Positions 35,006 through 47,811 of a DNA stretch of 64,000 nt are shown here, piece after piece. The notes under the pieces are model-generated. The model did no database searches and was not told the DNA's origin. It was given only the letters and a program-made list of their open reading frames with translations. Every line of letters begins with the position of its first letter. Position 1 is the stretch's first letter. Location: the NCBI GenBank assembly GCA_964019425.1, contig OZ025784.1:1178001-1242000 (forward strand), read 5' to 3'. Source of the stretch: Flectonema sp. DT1601. Its lineage: Eukaryota. A program made the position numbers and the translations under genes.

Positions 35006-35989
35006 TTATAAATCACTGTAGAGGCTATCGTTTCTAACAGAACAGATAATGTGAAGCGGAGTATCCCCATCACAATTCTGAATATTTAAACTTCTCCCGT
35101 CAGAAATCAATACTCTAGATACGTCATTATTATCACTATCAGTGACTGAACAATGTAATGGGGTGTTACCTCTCCAATTTTGAATGCGAGGATCAGCACC
35201 AGCTTCTATTAATGTTTGAACTGTTTCAGAGTCTACCGTATAGTGTAAACACGTACACCTATCAAGATCTGTTTCGTTTATATTAACAACCCGATCTAAG
35301 AAAAGTGATATCAGATTAGTGTAGTCATCAAAGACACATCGATGAAGGAAGGTACAACCCGAATTATTCCTGACATTTACATCGGCGTTGTAATCCATGA
35401 GCAGCTTTAACATCTCTGTAGTGATTGCTGAATAGATGGCTGTGTCTCCTATTTGATTTTTTAAATTTGGATCTGCACCCTTTTGAAGAAGAATTTCAGT
35501 TGTCTCCAAATTGTTTAATGAAACGGTTTGTTGTAAGGGAATTGCTTCCAAGTTTGGGTCTGCGCCTAAACTCAAAAGTCTTTTTATGAGAATCTTATCA
35601 CCCATTCGTAAAGCAGTAAGAAGCGGAGTACTCCCCCGCGCTCGACAATTCATGTCAATTCCTGATTGTAGTAACAGCTCAACATGTGGTCCATTTTTCT
35701 CAATTTCCGACAGTAAAACAATTGGCGTAGGTTCAATCCCCAGTCTAATCAATTTTTCAGTTGCAATTCCAGTCGTTGACGGCGATAACTCTATTTCAGA
35801 TCCTGCAGTTACACCTGCAGCAATTATTTTGGTATCTAAGTCTAGATTGTTTCCTTCAAAGATAAGATCAAATAAATTCGAATTCATTTCTCGTTCTTCA
35901 GAAATTCGATCTTTTATTTCCCGGACAGTCGTCTCGTGACTTACCTCCAACTGGAATGGATAATCTAAGGTAACAATAGTAATCTCCAT
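35006..35989 (-). CDS. Ubiquitin-like domain + ankyrin-repeat protein
   Basis: N-terminal beta-grasp pattern (LEVSHETTVREIK..I......LIFEG..L) followed by GxTPLH/GADPN ankyrin repeats. Confidence 0.85.
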   Translation of the reverse strand: MEITIVTLDYPFQLEVSHETTVREIKDRISEEREMNSNLFDLIFEGNNLDLDTKIIAAGVTAGSEIELSPSTTGIATEKLIRLGIEPTPIVLLSEIEKNGPHVELLLQSGIDMNCRARGSTPLLTALRMGDKILIKRLLSLGADPNLEAIPLQQTVSLNNLETTEILLQKGADPNLKNQIGDTAIYSAITTEMLKLLMDYNADVNVRNNSGCTFLHRCVFDDYTNLISLFLDRVVNINETDLDRCTCLHYTVDSETVQTLIEAGADPRIQNWRGNTPLHCSVTDSDNNDVSRVLISDGRSLNIQNCDGDTPLHIICSVRNDSLYSDL

Positions 35990-36219
35990 ATGGTACCGTG
36001 AACAATAATGGAGTTAGATATGTATGTGGTTCGTGTTGTCCTGTAGTAGAGTAAAATATTACCATTATAAAATACGTACTGTTTTTCTATGTCTTCAGTC
36101 AAGTAGCCCATGAATTCTAAAGTACAAAGAGATAAACTAAAACTATATAATTTTCTAGAAATGTTAAAAAATGTTACAAGAAAAAAGGAGGAGGGACCCC
36201 TCCCCTCAGATGTGTTGTA

Positions 36220-37068
36220 TTACAACATATCGATGTTACGCTTTCGGGATGACACAGTTTGAGATGGGAGCAGATATTCAGGAGTTGCAGAGCAATACTC
36301 TGTCCTTGGTATTGAGACTGCTTGAGAAACAGATGGTGTTGCTGGAAAAGCTTCCCTCACTACTCTCTTACTATGTACAGCCCCAACAGCGTTAACATTA
36401 ATAGGTACCATTGGCACTCTGCTTGTCGACTGTTTTGGAAATACAGTTGCTGTGTGTGGATTTTTTGGACCAGCTCCTGTCTGCCATGCCGACGTAATAG
36501 AACTCCACTGTTCTCTTAAGAATGAATGCGCCAACATTGGAAGGAATTTTTGAAGCACATCCGCGACACTGGTGGCTCCCTCAGACTCGAATAATTGATT
36601 TGCTACGTAATGAATATCATTAGTACCTTCACTTAATGCAATAGTTAAAGTAACTGATAAGGGTTCTGTTTGTTGTGAAGGTTGAGCAGGTGTTGATATG
36701 TAAGTTGTATAGAATTCTTGTTGAGAAGATTGGTTCTGTTTTGATAAAGTCTTTGAGATCAGCTCAATTAGTTCCTTTGCGTCTTTCGTCAACTCTTCTG
36801 ATTCCTCTTCCAAACTAGACGCTTGATAGTAGTCAGGTTCAGGACTTTGAGCTGCTTCAAACTGTTGCTGAGCAGCTTGTTTCCCACGTGCTAAGGCTTC
36901 TTCTGCTAATTTACCAAATGTTGCTTTTACTCGTTTTTGTTTGCAGCTTGCGACAGACATCGAAGGTGACAAACTAAAACTCGAAATATCATAATCTCCA
37001 TTTCCTTTCTCTGACAGGATAACACTGCTGCTGACAGACGAAGTGCTCCAGTCGGAAGATGCTTTCAT
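36220..37068 (-). CDS. Hypothetical Ser-rich protein (~282 aa, start at MKASSDWS)
   Basis: Open frame with protein-like composition. The first 43 codons of the track ORF are T-rich acceptor-like sequence and were excluded. Confidence 0.6.
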   Translation of the reverse strand: MKASSDWSTSSVSSSVILSEKGNGDYDISSFSLSPSMSVASCKQKRVKATFGKLAEEALARGKQAAQQQFEAAQSPEPDYYQASSLEEESEELTKDAKELIELISKTLSKQNQSSQQEFYTTYISTPAQPSQQTEPLSVTLTIALSEGTNDIHYVANQLFESEGATSVADVLQKFLPMLAHSFLREQWSSITSAWQTGAGPKNPHTATVFPKQSTSRVPMVPINVNAVGAVHSKRVVREAFPATPSVSQAVSIPRTEYCSATPEYLLPSQTVSSRKRNIDML

Positions 37069-37224
37069 GTTTTTAGACGGGGAATGGCCCCGTCCCCTTC
37101 TGATAAAAAAAAAATATGATTCTCCCGATCTAATTATAATTTTAAAAAAAAAAAAAGGGATAAAGACGAGTGTAAATACTAAAAGAAAAAAACGCATTAA
37201 AAAATAAATCTAATAATAAAAAGT

Positions 37225-40200
37225 TTAAGTCATTTCACTGTCGGCGATGATTCGAACCATGTCGGTAACCATCTGGTCTGTATTGATCCAAGGTTGCGTT
37301 GTATTTATTTTATACATACAATAAATGGCTTCAATAAACTGGTGTGGAAGCATTACGATTGTCTGTTGAGCAGATTTGCTGTAAATTTGAAGAGCAACCG
37401 CTGAATCACGACAAAGACCAATTGACCTAACAAATGTTAAAAACGAATTCCACGGTATGAAATAACAATAGCCGGGAGCCTGAGAAACTGAACTCGCTAA
37501 TTTCATAAACGCGCGGTTTAAGACAGGATGCGGTCGTTCATCTAATTTCAAAGATCGAATTACATCAAGCCTCTCACTAACTGATAATAGTGATGGCCGT
37601 TCCTTTGCATCATCCAACACTTTTGGTACCGAACTTAAAAAATGTCTCATCGCCTGACTACCAGTCAGATTCCTCTCTCGACTCCCCACAATTTCTGATA
37701 AAACATACAGCAACTCAGAGCATGATAGAGTTGTTTTTTGAGTCATTCCCATACTTTTTAAAATTCCGACAATCTCACGATGCATTGTCCCAAGTCGGAG
37801 ATCACATATTAACGACCAAAATCCCCAAGACATTGTAATCAACGGGTTGCTTTGATCTCTATTTCCATACAACATTAATATAAATTGAATTACATTTAAA
37901 GACGCAGATTGGCACAGTATGGATGCCGTTCTCAAATCTGAAAATGAAACTTTTGAAATTTGATTTCTAATACTGTCAGCAGAAGCTCTACTAATTTGAT
38001 GTGATGTCGACAGTAGTCGGGATGGATCATATTGAGGTTTAGTAGAAGAATACGAGTCGAGGTTTTCAGCAGCGGATTGCTGAGCTTTAGAGAGTGCTGT
38101 TGAATGAAACAGTTTTTGTTTTATCTGTTGATGCTTTAGTTCATTTGTTTTACTGAGGGCTAATCCAAGTTCTGATGTCAACGCTGCAATCTGATCTTCA
38201 TACGACCTACGAAGAGCTTCTGTTTGAATCTGGTCTCGTTGGAGATGTGATTTTAGCTGATTGCTGTAGTCGTTTGCTTTATTTAAATCACTTCGTAAAT
38301 TTTGAATTTCCTCACTAATCTCTTTAGTCGTACCCTGACGTGTGTCTGGACCATCATCTGAGTCTGACGACCATTCATCAACGTTACGTAAATTATTTGT
38401 TTGATTTACATTTGGTCTTCTCTGCAGAGTACCTTCTTCAGTTTCTGTATTGTCTTCACTTACATCAGTCCTAGCTAACAAAGGGTTTATATCTTTTCTG
38501 AGAACGGTGCTTCTTCTTCGTCGTTCATGAGCTACCTGATCAGTGATATCACCACAACCTTCATCTTCTTTTTTAGCCCATTCTCGGAGCCAGTCTCCAA
38601 AACCAAAAAGTTTTGCGTGTTGTGGAACCAAACACGGGTAGTCAATTAGTAACTGACGAATTTTTTCTGAATAATCATTTGCAATTCGGGGAAGCAATCG
38701 GTACAATAGAACAACAAGAAAACCAACATTCAAAAAGAGTAACACTGCTGTAAGAAGAATAAACGAAGACCTCTGAAATATCAACCACTGAACTCCGTCA
38801 GATCCAGTACAGGTAGCGTTGGTTGAGTCTGTTGTTGAAGACCATTCACAACCTTCTGAAATACACGGAAATCTTTCTAATTGAAGTGAACAACTGCTTA
38901 CATCAGGAGGACGATTCACATACGAATACAACAACGATAAGTTAAGTGTTGCAGTTAACACACTCAGCGATCCCACCTCTAATTGATGAGGCTTTCCATC
39001 CATTCTCATATTAAAAGGTTGCATTATCAACGTTGCGATTAAGAAGACAGCAATCACCCACATAGCACAATAAGTCTGAAGACGTCCTTCACCATGAGAC
39101 GCAGGTATGAAATTTATAACTACAATTATTAACATTTTTCTAATCATAGTAAGTAGTTCCCAATACCATCGGTTTTTTGAGAGACCGGATACTAAGAAGT
39201 GAAACATCGTGAAGGCATTTCTACGTCCCCGATGGCGTCGCATACAATATACAACAAGAGCCATACAACCAGGAATCCCAACACCATAAAATATTAAAAG
39301 AATAATAGCGATTATCATGATTGCTTGATGTTCATCTGTATCACAAGACAGAGACATATCAATAGAGGCTCTTCTCGTGTAGTACTCTAACAATCCTGTT
39401 TGAGTCTCTGATATTCGTACTTCTTGTAAAGGGACAACGTCTCCATTAATGAAGTGGAGTCCGTTTTCACCAGGCAATCCAATATCAATTTCCTCACACG
39501 AAAGCATCAAAGCAGCTCTCTCAACAAGAAGTGGATAAACAACGTACAATAATATAACAACAGAAACAGCATAGATGTGAATCAATCCTCCTTTTGATGG
39601 TAAGAGAGGAAACCAAGAACCGAAAGTAGTACATCTATCAGTAGGAGTTGTGAAATCACTTCCTTGAATGAAGACACGTTCCCAAGTTTTACCAGTCGCT
39701 GACCAGTAGATTGACCACCTGATTGGATCTCTGTTAATTGTATTTGATGATGTTTTAAAGGTTAAACCTGAAACAGTTTGTTTACTTGAGAGTTTCACAA
39801 TAAGAGGTCTTCTATTAAAGTCTGTCCAACTACTCTCAACATCTTCATTTTCATTAAAATCAAACTGAAGTTTATCACAGCCTCCATCAGCTGGGGATGA
39901 CCCGTCAGGATTCTCTACAAAGTCATAGTCTTCAGTCACAAACTCGTATGTTCCTCGTCTTAGTGATATCCCGCTTATAGATACAGCATCAGCACTGGTA
40001 CCTCCTCGTAGTTTATTAAATTGTATTTTGATGTATAATATTGGATTGTCTGTAATATCCTCTTCAGATGCTGTTGATTGTTCTTCTTCGCATTCTTTGT
40101 GATGAGTTCCTTTCATTTTTTGTATCGTATTGTAGATCATCATGCATGCTGGTATTGACCATGTTCCAACCATAATAAATATCGGGACAGCCATCCATAA

Positions 40201-43200
40201 CAGAAATACTTCATAGGTGCTGAAATCTTCTGATGCGCATTCAGTTTGACTGATAGAACCGACACCAAATGCTGCTGCTTCCTTCTCAACTGAGAAGAGT
40301 GATCGGAGTAATCCCGGAAACTGAGTTGAAAAATCACCAAGTCTGCTACTTATTACTAAATGGTTTACAGTTATCTTTATCATTATCGGGACAGGGTTGC
40401 TGATATTCTGAGCAGCTCGCAGCGTCGATGCCACAAAAACACACATACAAATCAAAGCAACAGAAGCAATGACTACAACAACAATAATACTTTGGGTTTC
40501 AGATCCACATTTAGTGCAAAGGCCGCCTCCCATTCCCCAACCTGGAAGGCATTGAGAGCATTTTGGTCCTACATGGCCATCTCTACATCCTTCAGGGAGA
40601 CAGATTCCTTGAGTCTTACACAAGTAGAAGATGACGCTGCTGTTACCAGACCTCCAGTAGTCAGGTTTTGGTTCTATTATTAGTGTTCCATTGCAAGAAG
40701 CTCCACTCGGACACGGTAGACATGAAATTTCACTGTAGGGAGCGTATTGGAAAGTTGTTTCACATTGTAGTTTAATAATTGCTGTCGACGTAACGTTGAT
40801 TAATCCCATCGTAAACTGAAGGTGGTACCCAAGACCATACAACCCCTGTAATGTGACATCAGTAAAGGATGCTACACTAACACCAGCAGCAGCAGTAGCT
40901 GTAAATACTGATTGACCAGTTGGAGGAAGAGGTATCCACGTTGCTGTTATAACCGACTCCTGACCAGAAAACAAAACTCTATTACCACCAGCATCAACAA
41001 CAGCAATCGATGGTTGAGTTGTTAGTCGTCCGTCGTGTGAGACTTCAGTTGGTTGTGATACTACGTGAAGACGAGACATTTCTGTTGATATTAAACGAAG
41101 ACCAACATCACTATATAAAACATTATTACTTATTAAAGAACTCAATTGAGGATATACACACAGAGACAACGATCCAGTAACCGCAAGTTGATCTGCTGAG
41201 ATCGGAACTAAAGCACATCTGTCAGGAGAGTAAGTAATCTTTTCAATAATAGAAATATCACTATTACAGTTATCAGATACGTTTTGAAGTGAGAACACCA
41301 ACAGGATTCGAGTATCGCTGTTTGTTCCAACTGTGAGGGAAGTAATTCCTCCAGTGAGTCCGAGACTTAAATCAATCGGTTGTCCCTTTGTAACCGATAG
41401 TGTTTTTGTTTCTATCTCACCCCGAGTAGTGAATGATATCCTGATCAAAACAACCAACACATCCATCACAACTAATTCAGTATCACTGTCACCAACACAA
41501 AGCCAAACCTGATAAACTTGTCGTCGTTTATTAGAATTCCAAATCTCAGACGATAAACTAATTGCATTACCAGATGAAACGTTACTAATTACAGAACAAC
41601 TTCCACCAGACAGATCAGCAACACCAATAAACCAATTTGTTGGCAGGTCACTTTGCAATACCGAATCACCAACAGAATCAACCAGAATCGGGATAACTGG
41701 TTCCTTAACAGAAGCCAACCCTATATATGATACAGGTATTTGCATAATTGACTCACTAAGAAGAACAGTACTGCTATGACCGTATGATTTGATTAAGACG
41801 CAAACAGGAGAAGTTTTTCCGACAGAAGGAAGTTGTGAGAGTACGCCTGTCGACGATAGCGGAATCCAATTGTGAATATCTGTAACACTGCAGGAGATGA
41901 AATTTATGTAAAAAATAACATTTTTATTTTTAACTGCTTCAGGAACCCTTTCAGAATCTAAAAACACCGAACCCGACAGCCTGCCATCGTACATCGTGAA
42001 TGAAAGTGATGAGCCACTCCAAACAGCGATGGTATTTCTATTTAACTTTACCGCATTAGAGAATGATGACATCCTGTGACTATCAGTAATAGTATTTGGA
42101 TGAAATGTTAGCAAGATTATTCTAATTAGAACCGTCGTGGAAAGGTATTCAAAAGTATCAGAAAGTTGACAGCAAACAAGTCGACGAGACAAGTCGGTAA
42201 GTGTTCCATTGTTGTTTTGAAACTGAATTATGTTATCAGAGTTTACTGTACTTTGCATAGTTGGATTCAAACAACTATCACCAACAGCAATCCTAGTTGG
42301 TAGTATTTCCGGATGACCATTTAACTGCAGTTCAATCATCGGTGTGTTTGTTATTATAATTTCCTCACTTCCACCACTTCCGTGAATAGTAAAAACAACA
42401 CCTCTAATAGATGCTATTTTTAAATTAAAATCAGAAGGTAACAGCATTCCTCGTGACTGATTACCCGCACACATACACAGAACACCTTCTTGGTAACCTG
42501 GTTGTGAAATTTAATTAGTTTTATCTTCCTATTTTATCATAAAAGGATCAGTCAGAATTAGAAGAGGAACACACCTGAGACGATCGATGAGAATATCGAC
42601 CCGCTGACTAATATCTGTCCAGAAGGTGGAATCACAATTGGAGAAGTCGCATGAGAGTTCCATGAAACAACTGGAGGAGGACATACCGCGTAAGGCGTTG
42701 CAATGATACTTAAATTTTCATATCGTGAAGATATCATCACTGGCGTCATTGACAACGGAAATCCCAAAACACGCAAAGCTGGACCACTCACTAAGTTCGA
42801 TCCCGGGTACACATCAATAATAAACCCAGTATTCACACCTTGACTACTACATAAGAAGAAGCTTTGCTTACTTTCAATATTTATAAATGATGTGCTTATA
42901 TTCAATTGATATTTAGTAACAGTTACGACTACCTCAGATACCACATCTCTACAATAATTATCAAAAGCTAATTGAAGTGTAATATTATCTGATTTGTCAA
43001 CAAGGTACTCACAAGTGTAAATATTAAGGCGATCGTTAAGAGCTCCAACAACACTACTCTGATCACGTCCAAGTATCGATATCAATCCAGAAACAATAAG
43101 ACTTGCTCCTGTTACCTCACCGTAGGCCTGTTGTGTTGTTTTATTTTAATGGAATCGTAATTATTATTTTGAGTATTGAAGTATTCCTCTTCACAGCTTT

Positions 43201-46200
43201 TTTTCCCTCCATCGCCCTATCACCGTCAGCGAGTAGGAAAGCGCAGCTGGGAATTTTTCCACGCAAGCGGATCTCACAACCCGACCACCCTTCCCCACGC
43301 TCACTCCATCCGCCCTCCCCCACCCAACAAAAAGAAGAAATCGGCAGCAGCCACACACACTCGTGTACGTAGCGAAGCGTTTCGGCGACTAGTTATAGGT
43401 AGGTCAATTTACTGTTTTAATCATCGACCTGAAGAGTTGCTAACAAGACTAACGAAGCAGCAGTACGATAGATGGATGGGGAAGTCTTCACAAGAACTGA
43501 CCAGAAGAGACAGACAGAGAGAACAATTCCGGATGACTTCAAAGAAAACATCTCGAGATGTGTAAGTACGCCGAGACTATCGGTAGTGCAGGACGTGACT
43601 CTAGGACATCCCTGTGGGAAGGAAGATGCGAATTCATAAAAACAAAACAAACAAGATGACAGGTTCTCAGAAGCGCGGGTAAATTTTGTACATCAATTAC
43701 TGGATTTGTGTGTCCAGTCAGGTAGTTATAGGTAGGTCAATTTACTGTTTTAATCATCGACCTGAAGAGTTGGTGAGAAAACCGGAGAAGCAGATGTCTT
43801 ACAAGAAACAGAGAGAGAACAATTCCGGATGACTTCAAAGAAAACATCTCGAGATGTGTAAGTACGCCGAGACTATCGGTAGTGCAGGACGTGACTCTAG
43901 GACATCCCTGTGGGAAGGGAGATGCGAATTCATAAAAACATAACAAACAAGATGACAGATTCTCAGAAGCGCGGGTAAATTTTGTACATCAATTACTGGA
44001 TTTGTGTGTCCAGTCAGGTAGTTATAGGTAGGTCAATTTACTGTTTTAATCATCGACCTGAAGAGTTGATGAGAAAATCAGAGAAAGCAGATGTCTTCAC
44101 AAGAACTGATCAGAAGAGACAGACACAGAGAACAATTCCGGATGACTTCAAAGAAAACATCTCGAGATGTGTAAGTACGCCGAGACTATCGGTAGTGCAG
44201 GACGTGACTCTAGGACATCCCTGTGGGAAGGGAGATGCGAATTCATAAAAACACAACAAACAAGATTACAGATTCTCAGAAGCGCGGGTAAATTTTGTAC
44301 ATCAATTACTGGATTTGTGCGTCCAGTCAGGTAGTTATAGGTAGGTCAATTTACTGTTTTAATCATCGACCTGAAGGGTTGACAAGACTACCTCGAATAA
44401 TAATAAAAAGAAAATAAACAAACCAAATTATTAATTCTGCAACACAGCAGCAGATTACTCAGCGAAACCGACGACGGAAGTATCAACTCCAAATTCAATG
44501 AAAGAATATCAAGTCTGGAGTACGACGTATTAATTGACGGATGGCAACCAAATTGATTAGAATTACCAAAAAAGAAATCCAACACAGTCCCAGAAACCAT
44601 ACTGACATTCAACAACAGTATTGTTGGTACTGTTGGAGTCAGTTTGATGAATGGCCAATCAATTCCGAGTGAAATCAACTCAACTGACTGCAACAGAGAT
44701 ATGTTTGTAGATGACCATTTCTTAACATCTATCCGCTTTATACAAAACTCAATAGATTCGAGTGGCTTAATGTCTATTGGAGATATCAGAACCTGACTGC
44801 GATCACTCACAAGTTCCACATCTGAAATCTTTTCCAACGAATCCTTCAAACATATCCCAACTTCAATATCACTTGTAACTATACTTTCTGGAAGTATTAT
44901 TTTAGTGTTGATACTCATGATTGAATTAGATGAAGGAATGTGAATGATAATATCATTAATTAATCCCAACACATTTCCTCCTATCTTTGCAATAGTAGGT
45001 ACGAATATATACGCCAAACGGTGAGAGATTGAACTGTTTCTGAATGAGAAGCAAAGTTGAAATTGATGATCAGCTGTTGCAATCAAGCTAGAATTAGTAT
45101 CAATCAAAGTAGCTGTTGAAGATGGTGTAGGACATGCATGAAAGTGATATCCCAACATTCGAGACCAAAATATAAAACTATTCGGATGAACAACGCGAGT
45201 TGGAAATCCTAACACAATATTAACATACTTTGGTAAAGTTGGTAGTAACCATTCTGATTGAACAACAAAATAATTTCCAATTTTTAGTTTATCTCCAAAG
45301 GCTGTTGCTACACACAATGGTCTGTCTTCATTGACGGTATCGATGCCTTCTAAACTCAACATTGAATTATTAGCAGTCGTGAAAGCAGAATCACAATTCC
45401 TACCTCCATACAAGTAGAGGTCATTATTATCAAACTGAGGAGTGGATATCACTTTTACCGAATATTGGATTTTTGAATAAAATATTTCTGACGTATGTCC
45501 TCCCAAATCCGACCAATCAAGTGTCGGACTATGATAAAGTGATTGAAATTGCACTGCATTATAAACACGTCTATTAACTTTTCCTATCGCAACATGTCTA
45601 TTTGTCATAGGTGAAATGAAGGCACACAACACAGAGTGAACTCTACTCTCTGAACTGTCTCCAACAATAATAACGTGGCTGTTATTATTGATCGCAGCAG
45701 GATTCGATGTTGTCGTGAAATTCGTACCGCAATCGGTATCGACATCAGTTTCATAGATCGTCACTTCTACATTAAAAAAATCAAAACCAACCCCAGCCAA
45801 TACTTGATAAGGAACATAACTATTAAGTATCTTACTGCTATGAACCAGTACTGTAACATCAGGTTGCATAGGTATGTAGTATGGAACGACAATAACTATG
45901 TGCGCACTAAATTCCCATGCTTGAATCGGATAACTTTGTGTGTCCCTTTCAGGGTCTATAGTGGCAAGGCAGAGTGATTTGTTTGATTTTAGTGATCTGA
46001 TGAGCAGGTTAAGTTGGAATATAGATCCGGTAAGCTCCTTAACAACAGACACATTCCCACCAGAAAGACAATTATTATTAGACAAAGAAGGAGATATTAT
46101 TCTTACTGGGTTTGATAGATTTACCGTACTCGAAATTGAAAATTTTAAACTTTCAAAATCAGGCTCAAACATTCCATGATTACTTCTCAACATTCGTAGT

Positions 46201-46583
46201 GCAGTAAAACCAGGTCCATTTACAACTTCAATTCCCAGAGGACTCGTGATTAAAGGAGCAGAGGCGTCGGTAGCTGAACTAGATTTACCCACACACAATT
46301 GATATTTCCGTAATTCATAAAGATACCTTTCTGGAACCTCAAGAGTTCTAGTCGTCGTTGATATTTGTGTCGTCGGTATTGTGAAGATAATTTCAGAATC
46401 TGGTTGCATTCCCAAAGTACAATCTGAAGCAATTCCAACCCACACTTTGTGACCAGCATACTCCACAGCAGGTATTGTGAATAAGATCTGCTGATGTGCT
46501 ATCCCAGCTGTCAAAAACACAGTACCCGACTCCTGACCAGCTATCAGGAGTGCGACCGCTGTAGCGGCCAGTAGGGCAATCAT
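37225..46583 (-). CDS. Giant multi-pass surface protein, ~2,661 aa: join(46583-44424, 43127-42575, 42497-37225)
   Basis: Three track ORFs join in frame through GT-AG introns 44423-43128 (1,296 nt; NNL|AYGEV) and 42574-42498 (77 nt; SG/YQEG). Signal peptide MIALLAATAVALLIAG, beta-rich ectodomain, Cys-rich CxxCPxGAxC module, several TM helices (including YWELLTMIRKMLII), cytoplasmic coiled coil. Confidence 0.8.
43390..44372 (-). ncRNA. Intronic snoRNA block A: 3 box C/D RNAs (~44372-44272, 44059-43959, 43763-43663), 3 single-hairpin AGA-box RNAs (~44221-44157, 43908-43844, 43612-43548) and a truncated C/D copy (43430-43390)
   Basis: Minus strand reads C-like box (UCGAUGA), D' CUGA, hairpin ACUGGA/UCCAGU, C'-like UGAUGU, guide UUUACCCGCGCUU, D box CUGA. 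Second RNA has stem GGGAUGU/ACAUCUC, an internal pocket, stem ACGUC/GGCGU, then AGA + 3 nt. Confidence 0.8.
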
Positions 46584-46796
46584 CAGCTGCCTGAGTAAAT
46601 TATCATTTTCTTCTTCTTCTTCCTTTTCTTTTTTTCTGCCTGAGAATGAAACTACATAACCAAAAAAACACACAAAACCAAAAAACCCTGCCGTGTAAAT
46701 GAATAAAAGCAGTTGATACAGCCTAAGGATACAATAAATTCTGTGAAAACAGAATTTGAGGCAGAAAGAAAAAAAAAAGAAAAAAAATGAATCGCA

Positions 46797-47672
46797 CTAA
46801 CAGACTCCATTAATAATGTCAACAAGCTTTAAAGCAGCAGAGAACAACACACCAGCATTTGAGATGTATTGGATGACATCACTAGAGATAGAGTCTAAAT
46901 CTAGTTCATATCTTCTGAAAGACATGCCAGAGAAGTTTCTGTCACTCGAAGGGCTTACGAGATCAGAAGTAGGAGAGACCAGTCCTTCACTTAAAAAGCT
47001 TCCAGTTCGAATAAAGAGTGGTGACCTAAAGGACTCACCCCCTCTAAATGACATGTTAGCATTCATTGTCGGAGAGACAGGTAAAGCATCATCAGTATAG
47101 CGCTCACCAATAACAACTTGTGGGCACGTGATTACTATGACTCCGATATCACAACGAGGGATTGCTTCTGTCAGTGTTGTGTACAGCTCTGGAGGTCCGG
47201 ACAGAACAACCGTCCGATCACATCCCTCGGCTAAAAATAATATAATCTCCAAAGGAACGATCCCTTTACAGCCATCACTGGATGTAAATAAACAGCAGTA
47301 ATTAGAGCCATTTACGTACTTACTGTACTCACCACGTGATATTCTATTGGTTCCATTTTGTGTACGAGTCCTTGTTTGCAGAACTTCGACAAACAAAACT
47401 CTACTTAAAATATCCTTCCCCTCAAGCTGTTTACGGGTCTCTTCAAGTACACTTGTACATCCGACTCCAGGGAGGCCACAAAATAGCCAAACAGTTCCCC
47501 TGCAATTATGTCGTCGTCTCCTTTGACATATTTTCGTTGCCAAATCCTCCACCTCTTCTTTGCTGCCGTAGCGGTTGTCACCTCTCTCACCCCAAAGTTC
47601 TTCTTCAAATTCGTTCAATTTGAATTTTATTCGTCTGAGGAATGCACTTTCCAACTGAGCCTCAAACGACAT
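46797..47672 (-). CDS. Hypothetical protein with degenerate P-loop (nucleoside-kinase-like fold?)
   Basis: VWLFCGLPGVGCTS resembles Walker A but has Cys in place of Lys; a second VVLSGPP strand-loop follows. Confidence 0.65.
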   Translation of the reverse strand: MSFEAQLESAFLRRIKFKLNEFEEELWGERGDNRYGSKEEVEDLATKICQRRRRHNCRGTVWLFCGLPGVGCTSVLEETRKQLEGKDILSRVLFVEVLQTRTRTQNGTNRISRGEYSKYVNGSNYCCLFTSSDGCKGIVPLEIILFLAEGCDRTVVLSGPPELYTTLTEAIPRCDIGVIVITCPQVVIGERYTDDALPVSPTMNANMSFRGGESFRSPLFIRTGSFLSEGLVSPTSDLVSPSSDRNFSGMSFRRYELDLDSISSDVIQYISNAGVLFSAALKLVDIINGVC

Positions 47673-47811
47673 ACTTAGAACCTGCGATTAACAGTAATGT
47701 TAGGTACTGCTGAGGAACAGCTGTTAACTTATTAAATAGCCGCATCTGGTGATTGAGTATCACGAGTATCGAAGAACAGGAAAAGCAGAAGAAGTACTAA
47801 AAAGGAAACAG

